Source of the DNA: Lepidodermella squamata
Taxonomy: Eukaryota; Animalia; Gastrotricha
Direction: 5' to 3'
DNA length: 64,000 nt
NCBI GenBank assembly: GCA_047495785.1
Contig: JBLDXI010000002.1
Location: forward strand, 124,001-188,000
A program made the position numbers and the translations under genes. The notes beneath the pieces are model-generated. The model was not told the DNA's origin, did not search any database, and saw only the letters and a program-made list of their open reading frames with translations. Below, in pieces: positions 29,952 to 42,837 of this stretch; the stretch's first letter is position 1, and each line of letters begins with the position of its first letter.

Positions 29952-32900
29952 CTTTTATCGTTTGATAACACTCAAATGCTGTTATTCAGGTAGCTTTACA
30001 GGAAATTTCAAGACAGCGGATAATTTTTAAAACTTGACGAGCTTTTCGCCGCCGTAATTTGATGATGAATAAGCCTGCGTGGGGGCGTTACAATTTACAA
30101 TACAGGCGTTTAACATCCCACGCGCTGTACATATATCACGTATAGTGTAATAACCAATGTGCACCTGCGTTTATTTTATACTATTATTATTTCATTGAAT
30201 TTACCAAGCTTTTTCTTATATAAATGACACATCATCTTTACGCTCGGTGTTATTGCAACAAAGCCGCGCTAGGATTTATATTACATCAGTGTCATGACAC
30301 TAACAAAATGCGCGTTATTATTATTATTATTAGAGGCGGTTTTTCATTTCTCGGCCTGACATTTTCATCAGTGCGCGTGTTTGTTTTATTGTTGATGATG
30401 GAAAACGCGCGCCACACTTGTGTATTATCATATGAGTTATCTGTTGCCCAAAGGTAATGAGTTCAAAATAAAGGATAAACAATTTTTTTAAATGATTCAC
30501 CCTAATTCTTCATAGGAGGATTCAACTACAATAATATTTAATAACTTAATATTTAATAAATCAAATAGTTTTTTAAAAAATTCATGAAATTTTTTGAATT
30601 TTTCAGAAATTATAAAAAACGTGGATTTTAATTTTAATTTTTAATATTCTGCAAGAATAAATAACGAGAAAAAATCGATGAAAAAAACCAAAAATAATCT
30701 TTGCAGATAATCAGTCTATATTTGCGCCGCATTTTTTCCACTCGGTAAATGTTGAATTATAAAATACAACATCATGGATAATATCGGAAAAAAGCCCGCC
30801 GAGTCTCACTCACTCTTTATATCGTAATATGTAAATTGTCGCCGGTCAAATCGAGGCGCGCCGTTTTTTTCTGCCGTATCAAGTGCAATATAGCATGATA
30901 ATAATAGACCCACTTTACATGATACATATTATAAAAATTGCGAAATAAACACTTGGCACTGAAGACATGGAAAAAAATAAATCGGCATGGTGTTTAACAA
31001 GCGATTTTTTCGGTACAATCGCCAGCTTAGTTTTCGGATGATAAAAAATAAATATGTCTCTTTTTCGAAGACGGCGCGTATTTATAGACGCTCAGAAGCT
31101 TATAATGGCCTCATTTTTTATATGTAAATCATGTGCCTAATAACTTATAAACGCGTGTTTTATTAATATCCGCTGTTTGTTGACTCAAAATTTAACGTTT
31201 TTTTCGAGAATGTGCACCTAACAAGGTACTTGAGCCAAAATTAAACTTGCAGACTTTCCGACATTTTTTCCGCGGCTGATCGAGATTTTCGGTATTTTTC
31301 GCATTGATAATTCCTAATTATACGCTCCCGCAATTTTGGCGCGATAATAACGCAGATTTTACAAGGATTCAACGCCTTTAGGACACAATTTTGCTATTTT
31401 CATTCTGGAAAAGCCTTGATCGCTGGATTATAGAACGCGTCTCGATATTGATGAAGGGCGAAATTATACGAATTATCCCCCTCAGCCGAGGCCACGCTTG
31501 TATTGAAAAATTGAGGGCTGATTAGGATATTACGGCTGTCTCGATTGCACGGTTGATACGTAAAAAATTCCTGAGCCGACAGTCGAGTAGAAAATCGATT
31601 CATAGAAGACACAGCAGCTTCAAATATTTCTGACTGAATATTATGAAAAAAAAATGGAAAATTTCAGCAGCATTTCCTAGAAAATTTATTTTATTTTTCA
31701 AATTGATTTCAGTATATCAAAAAAATCCGGTTTTCTATTTCAATATTAAAAGGCAATAATTACTATTTTTTCAATACTTTTTTGTTTGGGGTGCTATTAG
31801 GTGTGCAGCCTACTTTTAGAGTTTAATCCCCGGAATGTCGAGTTTCCGCCAGTCTTCCTTTAAATTCTCAATTTTTTGTTGTCCAGACGACAGATTTTTC
31901 AAGGCTTCTTTTTTGTTCTCCCGGCGCTATCGTTGCCTATTCAACATATTTAGCCGATATCGATTCGAAATTCTAAGTATCGATTTCACAAATCAGTGAT
32001 TTTTCCGATATCAGCTTTCTATTGAGCCGAAATTAGAGATTTTTCTATCAATAAGATGGTGGTACCAAGTAGCTGAAAGTTATGGCGATGAGGGTCGTCC
32101 TTATTGATAAAAGTTAGGGGCCAGAGTGCTTGAATCAAGAATTCAAACCTAATTATACCCGATTTTTCGATAAATTTATGCCGTGCGCAGAAAATTCCAA
32201 TCCCAATTTTGCAATATAATTTTTTTTTCAATAATTGCTTAAAGATGAAAAAGTCGGGATTTCATAGGCCATATTTCATCTTAAATCATCGGTAACTGAT
32301 TTTTAAGGAAATTTAAAATTGAAATTTTTATTTTTTATTTTTCAATTTTCAATTTTTATAAAATTCAGGTCTACAGTTAGGTCTTTTTCCTTAAATTCTA
32401 GATGTGGTGCTACAAAAATTCATTTGGGCCGAATTGTTACGTTAGGGCAAGGTGTCTGGAGTCAAATTAATGCACGCCCAAATGAAGGACAAATTTAGTA
32501 GTATCTGTACCTTTTTTTGCTAAATTTGAATATTAGTCCAAAGTTTGCATAAGAGGGTTGTGATCGAAAGAGTAATAAATTTGTTATAAATTTATTTTTT
32601 GCTTATAACGCTAATATAAATCGCTCGCGCTAAGTTTTATGTGCAGCAAAAAAATACTGTGATTTTTTGCTGTTGTTTGCGTTCTAATATTCTCTTACGT
32701 TATTCACGTCATTTGGGTCATTTCCTTCATTCATAAATTTTGACATTGCGCGCACAGGTGAAACACTGCCCTCGCGGTCTGCATAACCAATGGCCTCAAG
32801 ACGATGTTCCAACTCTTTTGTTGAAACTGGAAAGCTAGTTTTTACCATTTTTCTCAAGAAAATAATCGTGATACAAAAACTACCAAAAGCTAACTCAATT

Positions 32901-33670
32901 TTCAACCCGCCAATAGCCGCATTTTTCGTGCCACAAACTACCTGTATGCTGATGCCTTTCTTCTGTGATTTTTATCACAAACTAGTCTTCCCCACGTTGA
33001 AAAATTTACCGTCTCACGCCTTATTTGGCAAAATATTGAAGTGCCTCGTAAAAGCTGCCATTTCCAAAGATGCAATAGCTAGATTTCAAGTCATTTCAAG
33101 TCATCGAATGATTGCGGAATTTTCAAAGGAGAACAATATTTCTCAGGGGTTATGCCAGCTTCTTATTCTACTGAAAAATCTGTTTGATACCAGTTAAAAG
33201 GTAGCAGTAGTGCGATGAAATTGGATAATAACACGCTATCTATCATCCATCTTGAAACTCGTGATTCGATTGACCCGTTTATCGAAAACGATATGCTGAA
33301 GCTAGTGATAATGACTGTAGTAAAGGAAGCAATTGAAGCAGCAGAATAAGCAATAATATAGAACCATCAATAAAAAGTGTACGATAGATTTTTTTTCTGT
33401 GTCGCACTATAACGTCGTTATAATGTTGTTATAAATCTTATTTATGTACGATCACAGCCCTCTAAAACAACAAATTTAAATTATTTTTTATACATAAATT
33501 TGAATATTTAGATATTAACTTTATCTAAAATCTATATTAATTTTCACTTTTTGAGAAATATCTGAATGAATTTAATATTTTTCAATTTTCAAATTTAAAT
33601 TTTAACATGAAATTTAAAATAAATCCTATTCTCATTTTTTTCTCGAAATTTAGAAGAAATAGTTTGAAAA

Positions 33671-36600
33671 ATGAATAACAATTTCGACCCGATGACAAAT
33701 TACTACGACGACGATGCCGATTTGCTGGGCATAACGCGAACAATTTACGTGCCCCACTACGAAACCACCACGCCCATGGACCACTCGATGCTGGCGACAA
33801 ACAACGACAACGAAGCAATATCGTACCTAACATCAGAAGACGACAGCTACCTAGTGCAGCCGACAGTCGATACAAAAGTCGCTAGCAATTACGCTGAAAT
33901 GGCTTATGACAACATCAACAATTATAATATCAGTAATGGAGCAGTGTTAGATGCTGATAGCAACTCATCCTACGCCCTAATCGATCTCGTATCAGCCACC
34001 CTATCGACAACGCTACTCACGTCGCCTGAACCGACCTACGAGGAAGAAATGACAACACGGCCGGCTTACCTGTTCACGCGGACTAGCTACTACAAGGTGC
34101 CTAATACGTTAACAACCCAACCGGCCAGCATCCACGACCAGCTCGGCTACAACATTATGGCCGGGCAACAAGAGTTTGAATTTTCTCGCCTGCCGTTTTT
34201 TATCGTCGATAGCTTCACGACGCTGCTAGCTTTGATTAGCAATATATTGGTTGTTATTGCGATATCGCGTACCAAGCTGTCGACGCCCATGGTTGGCTAT
34301 CATCGGTTCATTTTGAGCCTTAGCGTAGGGTGCCTCATAACGACGTGCACCGTCGCGCTGTCGTTCATCCATGAAATTGCACTCATTTTCGCGCCTTATC
34401 CTAGCCTGGTCAGTTTTTATTTATCATGATTTTCGCTTTTAATTTCTTAATTTTGTCGGTCAACCCCGAGCGAGTGAAATTAGCTTCAAAGCGGTTCTTA
34501 AACAAATTTCCAATTCTTTAACTCTTCTGTAAGAATTCAAGATGGGTGAAATGCCAAGATTTTAACGCTTCAGAACTTCGAGGGCTATATTCCCCGTTAA
34601 AACAAGCCTGGAATTTCATAGGAGATGGATTTGTGTGAAATTTTTACAGAATACGCGAATTCAAGAATCACTGATTTTCTTGAAATTTTAAAAATAATTT
34701 TGAAAAATTGAAATTTCATATTTTAAATTCCGATTTTTCCATATTAATTTTCAAGTTTCAATCACCTCTCGTATGGAATGGATTAAGAGAAGACCAAAAG
34801 TAGGAATTTTGGTACGGCGACAAGACAGCAACTTCGCAGAACAGCGAACGCGACAAAACAGCAAATTTTTATTTCGCGACGAAACAGCGAAAACTTACTA
34901 TATAAAAGATGCAGTGTTTCTGCTGTTATGTCGCAGTTGAAAAATATGCTGTTTTGTCGTGTTTGCTGTTCAGGATATTTGCTATTATGAATGTCTGCCG
35001 GAACATTTGGAATCTGGATCTTTTTGTTCCACAACTCGCTACAGTTGCGGATCCAGCACTTACATATTCTGATTTGTACCATTTCGATGTTTTTTCCTAC
35101 CGTCGATAATAATGCCGCATATGTATGACCTCCATTTCATTTTATCAATCAAGTGACCTAATATTCGAAGATTTAATCTGTTTTATATTGAATTACTAAA
35201 CTGTTGTTACCGGGAAAAATCACTGATTTTTAAAATCGATCAATGAAATCGATATCGGCTATGGGCTCATGAGGCTAAAATTAAATGAAAATGGAGAAAT
35301 TGAGATAAATGATAAACAATGTTCTTACCAATGCAATTTTGCTGTGATCGATCAAAGTCTGGAGCTCTCCTCATTCGTACTTCCATTTGGTTAAAAAAGT
35401 TTTCCATCTCTTTTCTAAAAATCCGTATATTATTGTTTTTATGTATATTTCTGTTCAATTCAGACTCGAAAATGCGGCGACACGTTGATAAAAGGCCTCA
35501 TGAACGTCGGCTTTGCCGGCGCCCTGTTGTCCATCGCCGGCCTCACACTGGACAGCTTTGTCGGGCTGTTTTTCGACGCCGAGCAGTACAACGCGACGAC
35601 AAAGCGGCGAACGCGCGAAATCACCGTCGGCATTTGGTTGTTCGCGGTCGGCTTCGGACTCACTGATCTGCCCCTATCAGCCGTTCATTTCTTCTCCACC
35701 GGTGGACATAAATTTATGAAAAGTCGCGATATCGACTTTCTGGACTGGTGCAACGTCTACATTGTCAACAAATACCGCCTTGAATACGCGTTATTAGGTA
35801 CTTCAATCGAATAGAAATTCAATTTGGCTATTGAAATTGCTAAAATGTCTCAATTTTCTCAAATTTCAGAATTTCATAAAATTTTCAATTTGTTTTCAAA
35901 AATTTCAAATTTCAAAAAAATCAAATTTTAAAATTTCAGAAATGAAATTTTAAAATTTCAGAAATCAAATTTTAAAATTTCAAAAATGTCTCATCAATCA
36001 AATTTCAAAATTTCAAAATTTTCCACAAATTTCGAAAAATTTCAAAGAAATTTCAATTCAAAAAATTTCATACAATTACACAAATTTCACAAATTTCAAA
36101 AAATCGAAAAAATTGAATAAATTTCAGGAATTTGCCCGATCTCGGGAAACATCCGCAATTTTTTCATTTAAATTGTTCTTTAATATTTTTCTTTACATCC
36201 AACCTACCTATACTAATTTTTTGCCTAATTGAAATTAGGTGTTTCACTGCCGTGCTTCATCTTCGTATTCGCCACCATATCGCGCCTTGTCATCGAAGTG
36301 CGCCGATCCGATGTGTGTTGGTCGCCGAACAACCCAGACAGGCGCTGGGTATTCCGCCGTTTCGTCACGACTACATTCATGGTCATGGGCCTGTTCACAG
36401 TTTTCTGGCTGCCCCACACCATCCTAGACGTATCCGTCGTACTAATAGCTGCTATCTTGACTGGGTATTCTGTTCCGACTGATGCGTCGCTGGAATTCTT
36501 GCGGTATCTATTAAGGACGTGGCTGATGATTGGACAGCTCAGCATTCCGATAATTTACGCTATCAGATTCAGGCGAAGGGTCAGGCGACAACTGGTCGAT

Positions 36601-37275
36601 TTCTTCTCAGCTGTCTGCGGGTAATTAATTTTGAAAAATTCAGAAAAATAAAGCAAAATTGAAATTTTTGAAAAAATCAGGAAAATTGAAAAATATAATT
36701 TATTGATAATTAGAAGATTTTAAATTAAATTTTTTTTAATTAAAATTCAACATTTTGAATTCTGCATTTTACCAAATTATCTAAATTTTTGTGGGTCTTC
36801 ACAGAGTAAATTGTTTCAAAGAAAGTGGATCGGAACAAATGGTGCCCACACCAGATGAAATGCCTTCGAAATGCATCGAAGTAAAATTTGAAAAAAAATA
36901 TGTTTCAAGTGCTTGCGGACACCTTATTTTACGCAACGATCAAACTTACTTTTTCATTTGCATGCGAGCCTTCAATTTATTTTCAAGCTTTTTTAATATA
37001 CTTTTTTATTTTCTATTGGTTAAAGACCCTTAATTTTGTATTTATCGATCAATTTTTTACTAATTTAAATTGATTTTCTACAATTATTTTCTAGGGATGG
37101 CGATGTTAACATTCCAGAAATAGCCGATGACGAAGAGGCTGAAGCGCCTACAATTCGCCACTTACTCGCCTGTTCCAGCATCGTCGGCTTTTCATTCGAC
37201 GACTCGCGCGGCTCGTTCAAGGCGAAATCGACCCGTAAGCAGGCCTTACAACGCGTCAAATCGTGCCGAGTTTAA
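33671..37275 (+). CDS. Orphan rhodopsin-like (class A) GPCR with long Thr/Tyr/Asp-rich N-terminus; exons 33671-34408, 35464-35797, 36239-36620, 37095-37275
   Basis: Phase-consistent GT-AG splicing; TM1 ALISNILVV, TM2 FILSLSVG, Cys at top of TM3, DSF at the DRY position, TM4 Trp, TM6 FTVFWLP, TM7 IPIIY. Confidence 0.82.
34811..34999. mobile_element. Palindromic MITE-like repeat in GPCR intron 1
   Basis: Fold-back of ACAGCAA/TTGCTGT units; second copy at 57392-57582 with the same start GGTACGGCGACAA and core AAAACTTACTAT.TA.AAGATGCAG. Confidence 0.75.
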
Positions 37276-37474
37276 TATCATCATCATATCTATCTCTTAA
37301 TTATTGCTCATCGATCGACACTGAACCATCCCTATATAGTATAACTTTACTCGTTAATTTTTGTTTTTTATGATCAGTTAATTTTTTTTGTCTCAACGTC
37401 CCATTGTTATTATCTCAATAAAAATGACCCGTGATTAAGGTGAATTTTTTTTTTCATTTTATTTTGACAATTTT

Positions 37475-38782
37475 TCACAATAAAAATACAGCTAAGAAAA
37501 GGGCCATTTCCATCCTTGAATATTTCAAAATATTTCCTAAGGATTTTAAAGTGTTGCTTCTTGCCGGTTCATCAGTCCTAATTTCAGACGATTCGCTGAA
37601 TTTTGCAGCTGAAAAAAATGGAAAGAATTAAAGGAAAAATTTGATATATTTCAGTTTTACTTAAATTAGATTTGAACTCGAGCATTAAAATTGGAGATTC
37701 TTCGATGTGGATTTTGCATTGCGTTGAAATCATCCGGCCACGCATGACTGAGCAGCACGAGTACGTGTCATTAAAGCCGTCTTGTTGCGCGTTGACATTG
37801 ACGCAAATCGGGGCTGTCGAGGTATCTTTCTTGAAATTTAGAGTTCGTAAAAATCCCAAGCTTGAACCTTAAAAAATTCGAAATATTATTGGAAAAAAAA
37901 TAAAATGTTACAATGATGAACAATTCAACAATAAAAATCTATCAAAAAAACAAACCATCAGCTATAATTATCATGTTTCAAGTGAGAACTTTGAAATTTC
38001 TTGTTGGGAAAAGTTGAAATTGATTTTTTACCTCTTGAAATGACAGTTTTGTTGCAATAGCTCGATTGGCGGTAAGTGCTACAGCAAGACGTTGTCATGT
38101 TGATTTCTCGATTCAGAACTATCGATTTGTAGCAAACTGTTTGCACTTTGGCAAGTTCGGAAAATTCACGCATGAACTGCACCAAAGATCCTGCAAATTT
38201 CAATTTGAAATTTAGAAAATTAAAGTTTAAAGTTTAAAAACCTTTCGATGGCCTGACTTCGTCCATTCGGCAAGCCAGTTCCTTAGTTGTAGCTCGTTCG
38301 ATAACGCAACAAGTCAGGGCCATTTTCACCTGATCGCCCATTTCATGGTACTGTTTATGGCAAACATGCTGCTTTGTCGTCGAATTATTAGCGCCTGAAT
38401 TCGAACTGCCAGCCGGTAAATTCACATCTGCAAGCAAAAAAGGTTCAAATTATCCTGTTTCCAATTTCAAAAAAGACGATTCGATTATAGAATCATTTCC
38501 AACTACATAGGGATTTATCTTTTGTGGGAATTTAAGAGTATAATAGATTAAACCTTGAATATGGCCACCGATTGAGCAGTTGATGACTTGCTGATTGGGG
38601 CAGCAGCGAATATTCAGTTTCAAATGCTCGAATTTCTGCGTTGAACAATGCGACCCATCAGCTGTTGGACCTGATACTTCGCATTGACAATTAAACTTGA
38701 AAAATTAAGAAAAAATGTTACCAAATTGAGCGAATCGAACCGCGAAGAGAATAACAATCAAATATACTAGGACGTAATTCAT
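37475..38782 (-). CDS. 273-aa secreted/GPI-type protein with four tandem C-x(13-16)-CC-x(7-11)-C modules; exons 38722-38782, 38554-38670, 38242-38427, 38032-38190, 37661-37825, 37475-37608
   Basis: Signal MNYVLVYLIVILFAVRFAQFG; all five introns are phase 1 and internal exons are multiples of 3 (117, 186, 159, 165 nt); ends MEMALFLAVFLL*. Confidence 0.8.
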
Positions 38783-39238
38783 TGAATCAATTTGCACTCA
38801 GCCAAATGACCAGGTTGAGAATAGCCAACAAAGCTTTTCGACTAGGCGGAAGTTTGACGGCGATTTGATCATTTCAGGATGTAATTTAGATCTTTCGATG
38901 ATCAGCTGGTCGAAATTACACGCGCTTGCACGGGAAGTGGCTTTCACTCTAATAAATCTAAGAAGGCGATCTTTATCGTTAAATAGTTCTCAGAACGATA
39001 ATTTATGACGGCAGGCCAGGTGCTCCGCCTAGGCGCTCGGGTCACTCGGGTCTTGTGCGCCACTCCCATATGGCGTAGCTGGAAGCTGGAAAAAGATTGT
39101 ATTTGGCCTTTTCTTTCAATAAAATGCCAATTCAACTTGGTGTCATTTGGAAAATTCATAGAAAATCAGTAACAAATCATCGGCGTTCGATTCAAGTATT
39201 GAAATGGGGACGATAATGCGGGCTTCCTTGACCATTAA

Positions 39239-39721
39239 CACTTCAACTGCCAAAAATACACTGCGAGATCCGATATTTGGATCCAAAGCCTGGGTCTGTC
39301 AAAAGTCCCATTTTCGGGTCAAAGATGCGTCGTAGGTCGTAGGGCAAAATGGCCGATGGCAAAGAGTAGGCCATGACCCGGCGGTTCTTTTGACACTGAA
39401 TTTGGGGACACAAGGTCTGAGCAAGTCTTTGAAAACGACAGTGAGAAAACGTCGAAATTTTGGATTAGAGCCAAAAAGCAGACCCAAGAAAAAGCAGACT
39501 AAGATTATGGAATCGAATCGAATTTTCACTGTTTTTGCAAGTTGATTTCTGTGCATTCCTTTAATTCTTTGGTGTCAGAAAAACCGCCGGGTCATGGCCT
39601 ACACTTTGCCGACGGCCATTTTGCCCTACGACGCATCGTTGACCCGAAAATGGGACTTAGACAGACCCAGGCTTTGGATCCGAATATCGGATCTCGCAGT
39701 GTATTTTTGGCAGTTAAAGTG
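39239..39721. mobile_element. piggyBac-like MITE with ~160-bp terminal inverted repeats
   Basis: TTAA|CACTTCAACTGCCAAAAATACACTGCGAGATCCGATATT... mirrored by ...GTATTTTTGGCAGTTAAAGTG|TTGA (degenerate TTAA). Confidence 0.82.
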
Positions 39722-40267
39722 TTGAAAAAGTACTCTGGCAAAGTCAAAATTCCGAAATGGTCCTTATATCAGTGAAATTGCTAACGCGTATTGTCCTCTG
39801 CACTGACGCACACTGACACAACGATCGTCACTGCAGCAGCGTAAAAAATGAAAGAAATTATGAAGGCGAACTCAATTAAGCGCAGTCGTGAACTAATCAG
39901 CTTATTAGCAGCACTACAACAGCCGCCGGTTCAGCTCGCTTTTATTGTTGCTCACCTCACCACTGACTGCTGTTTATATGATATTTTGAAACAACTTTTT
40001 CTTGCCCGTCGCCCGTCAGCTAGGTTAAAAAATGACCACCCTGAAATGCTATGATGAGCAAGTATTTTCCAGTGATTAAGGCAGAGAATAGCGTGCGATA
40101 TAACTCTAGGCTCAACTCATCTTCGTTTACCCCCGAACTTCGGTTCGTTCTGTCAATCATGCAGAAATAAAGTTCCTTCATTCTGAACCATAGAAAATTA
40201 CCGAATTCTTTTCATGGCTTCTCTTTCTCTCTAGTTCTTTTGGTCTCCGAACAAAATATCCTATATT

Positions 40268-41132
40268 ATGGGTTTATCAACTCTATTTTTTCTCGCTGCG
40301 GCACTGTCGGCCGCCAAAGCTTGCCCGCCTTCGACTACCACTAGTACCACAACATCCTGCCCAACGACAACAACTTGCTCAACTGGTCAAAGTTGTTTGA
40401 CAACTGCCAACTACTGCGACCTGTCAACAAGCAACTGCAACCTCAAGACAGCTAATCCATGTCCATCAGGGCAGACATGCGCCGCTCCAGCCAGTTCGTC
40501 TACGGTAATGATGAAAGTGTTCATACGCACCGAATAACCTTTCAGTATTATCTAGCCAGTCTTCAATCGCTGCCAACTTACCACACAAGGCGGCAGCGGA
40601 ATTGGCGGCAAAACGATACAGTTCTGCACATCGACTGCTGTTGCTTGTAATGCAGCATTGACAACTGGAACAGCTGTAAGACCAACTCCCAATTACGCTT
40701 TTGCGGTAACGGTTCTTTTATAGGTTGGCTCGAGTACCTATTCGTCGTTTGCTGAATGCTGCGCGGCCGTTACGCCGGCTGCCGATTTGAAATACGAACC
40801 CATCCCAGGCTCGCCACCAATTCTAGCGTGCATAGGAGCCTTGAGTCCGACACCGTATAAATTAGCTGCTTCTGGCTCGTCTTTATTCTGCTTTCGTTTT
40901 CCTGAAACCGGGCCTGGCACTTTTGCGCAGGCCAGTCCGCAAGTAAGATTAAAGTATCATTTCTGAAGGCTATTCATCAAATTGCTTTTCCAAGACGTTG
41001 AAAAATGGATTTACGGCCAATTCAGCGAGAACCTTTCCAGAATGCTGTGACATATTTGGGGCGAGTCTTTCAACTTATGGTAACACGGGCAGTGCATATG
41101 GCCTCAACTCGTTTGATATATGCCAAAAGTAA
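40268..41132 (+). CDS. Secreted Cys/Thr/Ser-rich protein of unknown family; 4 exons (~40268-40504, 40556-40675, 40724-40942, 40995-41132)
   Basis: Signal MGLSTLFFLAAALSAAKA; three short phase-0 GT-AG introns give a continuous frame ending FDICQK*; motif (S/T)FxECC occurs twice. Confidence 0.75.
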
Positions 41133-41864
41133 ACAATTGTTAACATCTACTAATACGAAGTTGACATAATCTATGGAAATGACTATTACTTGTTTTCAAG
41201 TTACTGTATACGAGGTCATTTTCGTTGTTTTTATTTTCGTTGCTTGATCTGGATCTTTGGAGTATAAAATTTCGTTGTTACTCAGAAGAGCAACGAAAAT
41301 TTGCAACCATCGAAAATTACGTCGTATACTGTATCGTTTTAATGCATTTTTATTGCTCTTTATTCTTCTGATAAACTCTTCTTCTCCCTACATTTCCCTG
41401 CTGTGCTTGATTTGTCTGAATTTCGCTGTTTTTATTTACTCTAAATCATGGCGCTTTTCGCATATCATCCCCACCTTCAATAAAATAAGCGCATAAATTT
41501 CGCCTCCAATTTGGGCATAGGATTTGGAATTCGACGCTGTTATGAACCATGAGTCCGAAAGCGAACAAGACATGGTTTCGTCGGCCAGACCCCTCGATTC
41601 GTTTGGCTCGCCAAACTCGCTCGGCCAGAAAGAAATTATTAGTACTAAACAAGTGGAGACTTTCAGCCACGTAAATAAATTGAGATCATTTCAAAACAGT
41701 CAGATTTTATATGCACCACTTCTTGGTAAATTTATATACAAATTAGCCATTTCAATAAATGTGACGCTATTAACGCGCATTGGCCACTTTGGCATTGCAT
41801 CAGTACAACACATAACATCTGCACTGCAGTAGAGTACAAAATTTGACCTTCTTTCTCACGGCAA

Positions 41865-42100
41865 ACTCAATTAGGCGCAGTCATGAACTATTCAGCTCAT
41901 TGGCAGCGTGACAACAGCCCCCGGTTCAACTCGCCTTTTGTTGATGCTCATTTTGCTGGCTGCCTTATATGAAATGTTAAAAAGCCTTTTTTCTTGCCCT
42001 TCTGCTAGGTTAAAAAAATGATCCAGCTGAAATTTTGTGATGAGTACGTTATTCACAGTTTTAAATTTACAACGTGTTCGCGCAGTAATACTCCAGCTAA
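41865..42100. repeat. Diverged duplicate of 39869-40100 (upstream region of the gene at 40268)
   Basis: AACTCAATTA.GCGCAGTC.TGAACTA.TCAGCT...CCGGTTCA.CTCGC...GCTAGGTTAAAAAA shared by both. Confidence 0.75.
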
Positions 42101-42218
42101 ATTTAGATGAGATCGAAGTCCCAGCTATTTTCACTCGCAGTAATGATTCGGCGTGGTCATTTTTTTTAATCTTAATCTGGTCAACAGATTTCGTCATTCA
42201 GTACATTTTAAGATTAAG

Positions 42219-42823
42219 ATGCCTCGATACCAACAATATACTGCTGTGCGAATGATAGTAATACTCACGGAGTCGAGCGAATTTCAAAGGAAATATCCAA
42301 ATTCCACCCTCACCTACCACATCGTTCTCTACCAAGTGAAAAAACTGCGGAAATCCGGGGATTTAGAACATCATAAACAGCCAGGTCGTTCTCCAAGTGT
42401 TGCCACCGCTGACAATGAAAACTAAGTCTTTGAATTCATTGAATATAACTCGACGGCCCCGCTGACTGAAATATCGCGAATTTTGATTATCGGGAGAACA
42501 TCGATTCATAAAGTTTTATCCCTAAGCAATTTCCACTCTTACAAAATGGTGTTCACCCAGGCTCTGATTACCAGAAGATTAGCAGAAGCGGGTACATTTC
42601 CGCAACTCGCTTGTCGAAAAAGAGGCGGATGAGCTTGAACATTTTTGACAACAAATTCTTGTCGGCGATAAGGCGCTGATCCGCGTGAATGGCTACGTCA
42701 TAATAAGCAAAATGTTCGGTACTGGTCAAAGGCGGGCCCAAATCCTCGTGCGGTAATCGAGATGCAAATGATCAGAGCGCTGAGAGAGTAACGGTTTAGT
42801 GTGGCATATTGGGGGAAAGCGTG
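42219..42823 (+). mobile_element. Decayed Tc1/mariner-superfamily transposase
   Basis: KKLRKSGDLEHHKQPGRSPSV; HSYKMVFTQAL; ILVGDKA...VNGYV/NKQNVRYWS; RVTV*CGI. These are typical Tc1/mariner HTH and first-catalytic-Asp region motifs, with several stops and frameshifts. Confidence 0.8.
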
Positions 42824-42837
42824 TTCTGTTCAGGTTC

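Noticed and set aside
36805-36880. Possible extra exon (VNCFKESGSEQMVPTPDEMPSKCIE) in the class A GPCR
   Set aside because: The acceptor phase fits, but I found no donor that keeps the last exon in frame; it could only be an alternative end and needs RNA data.
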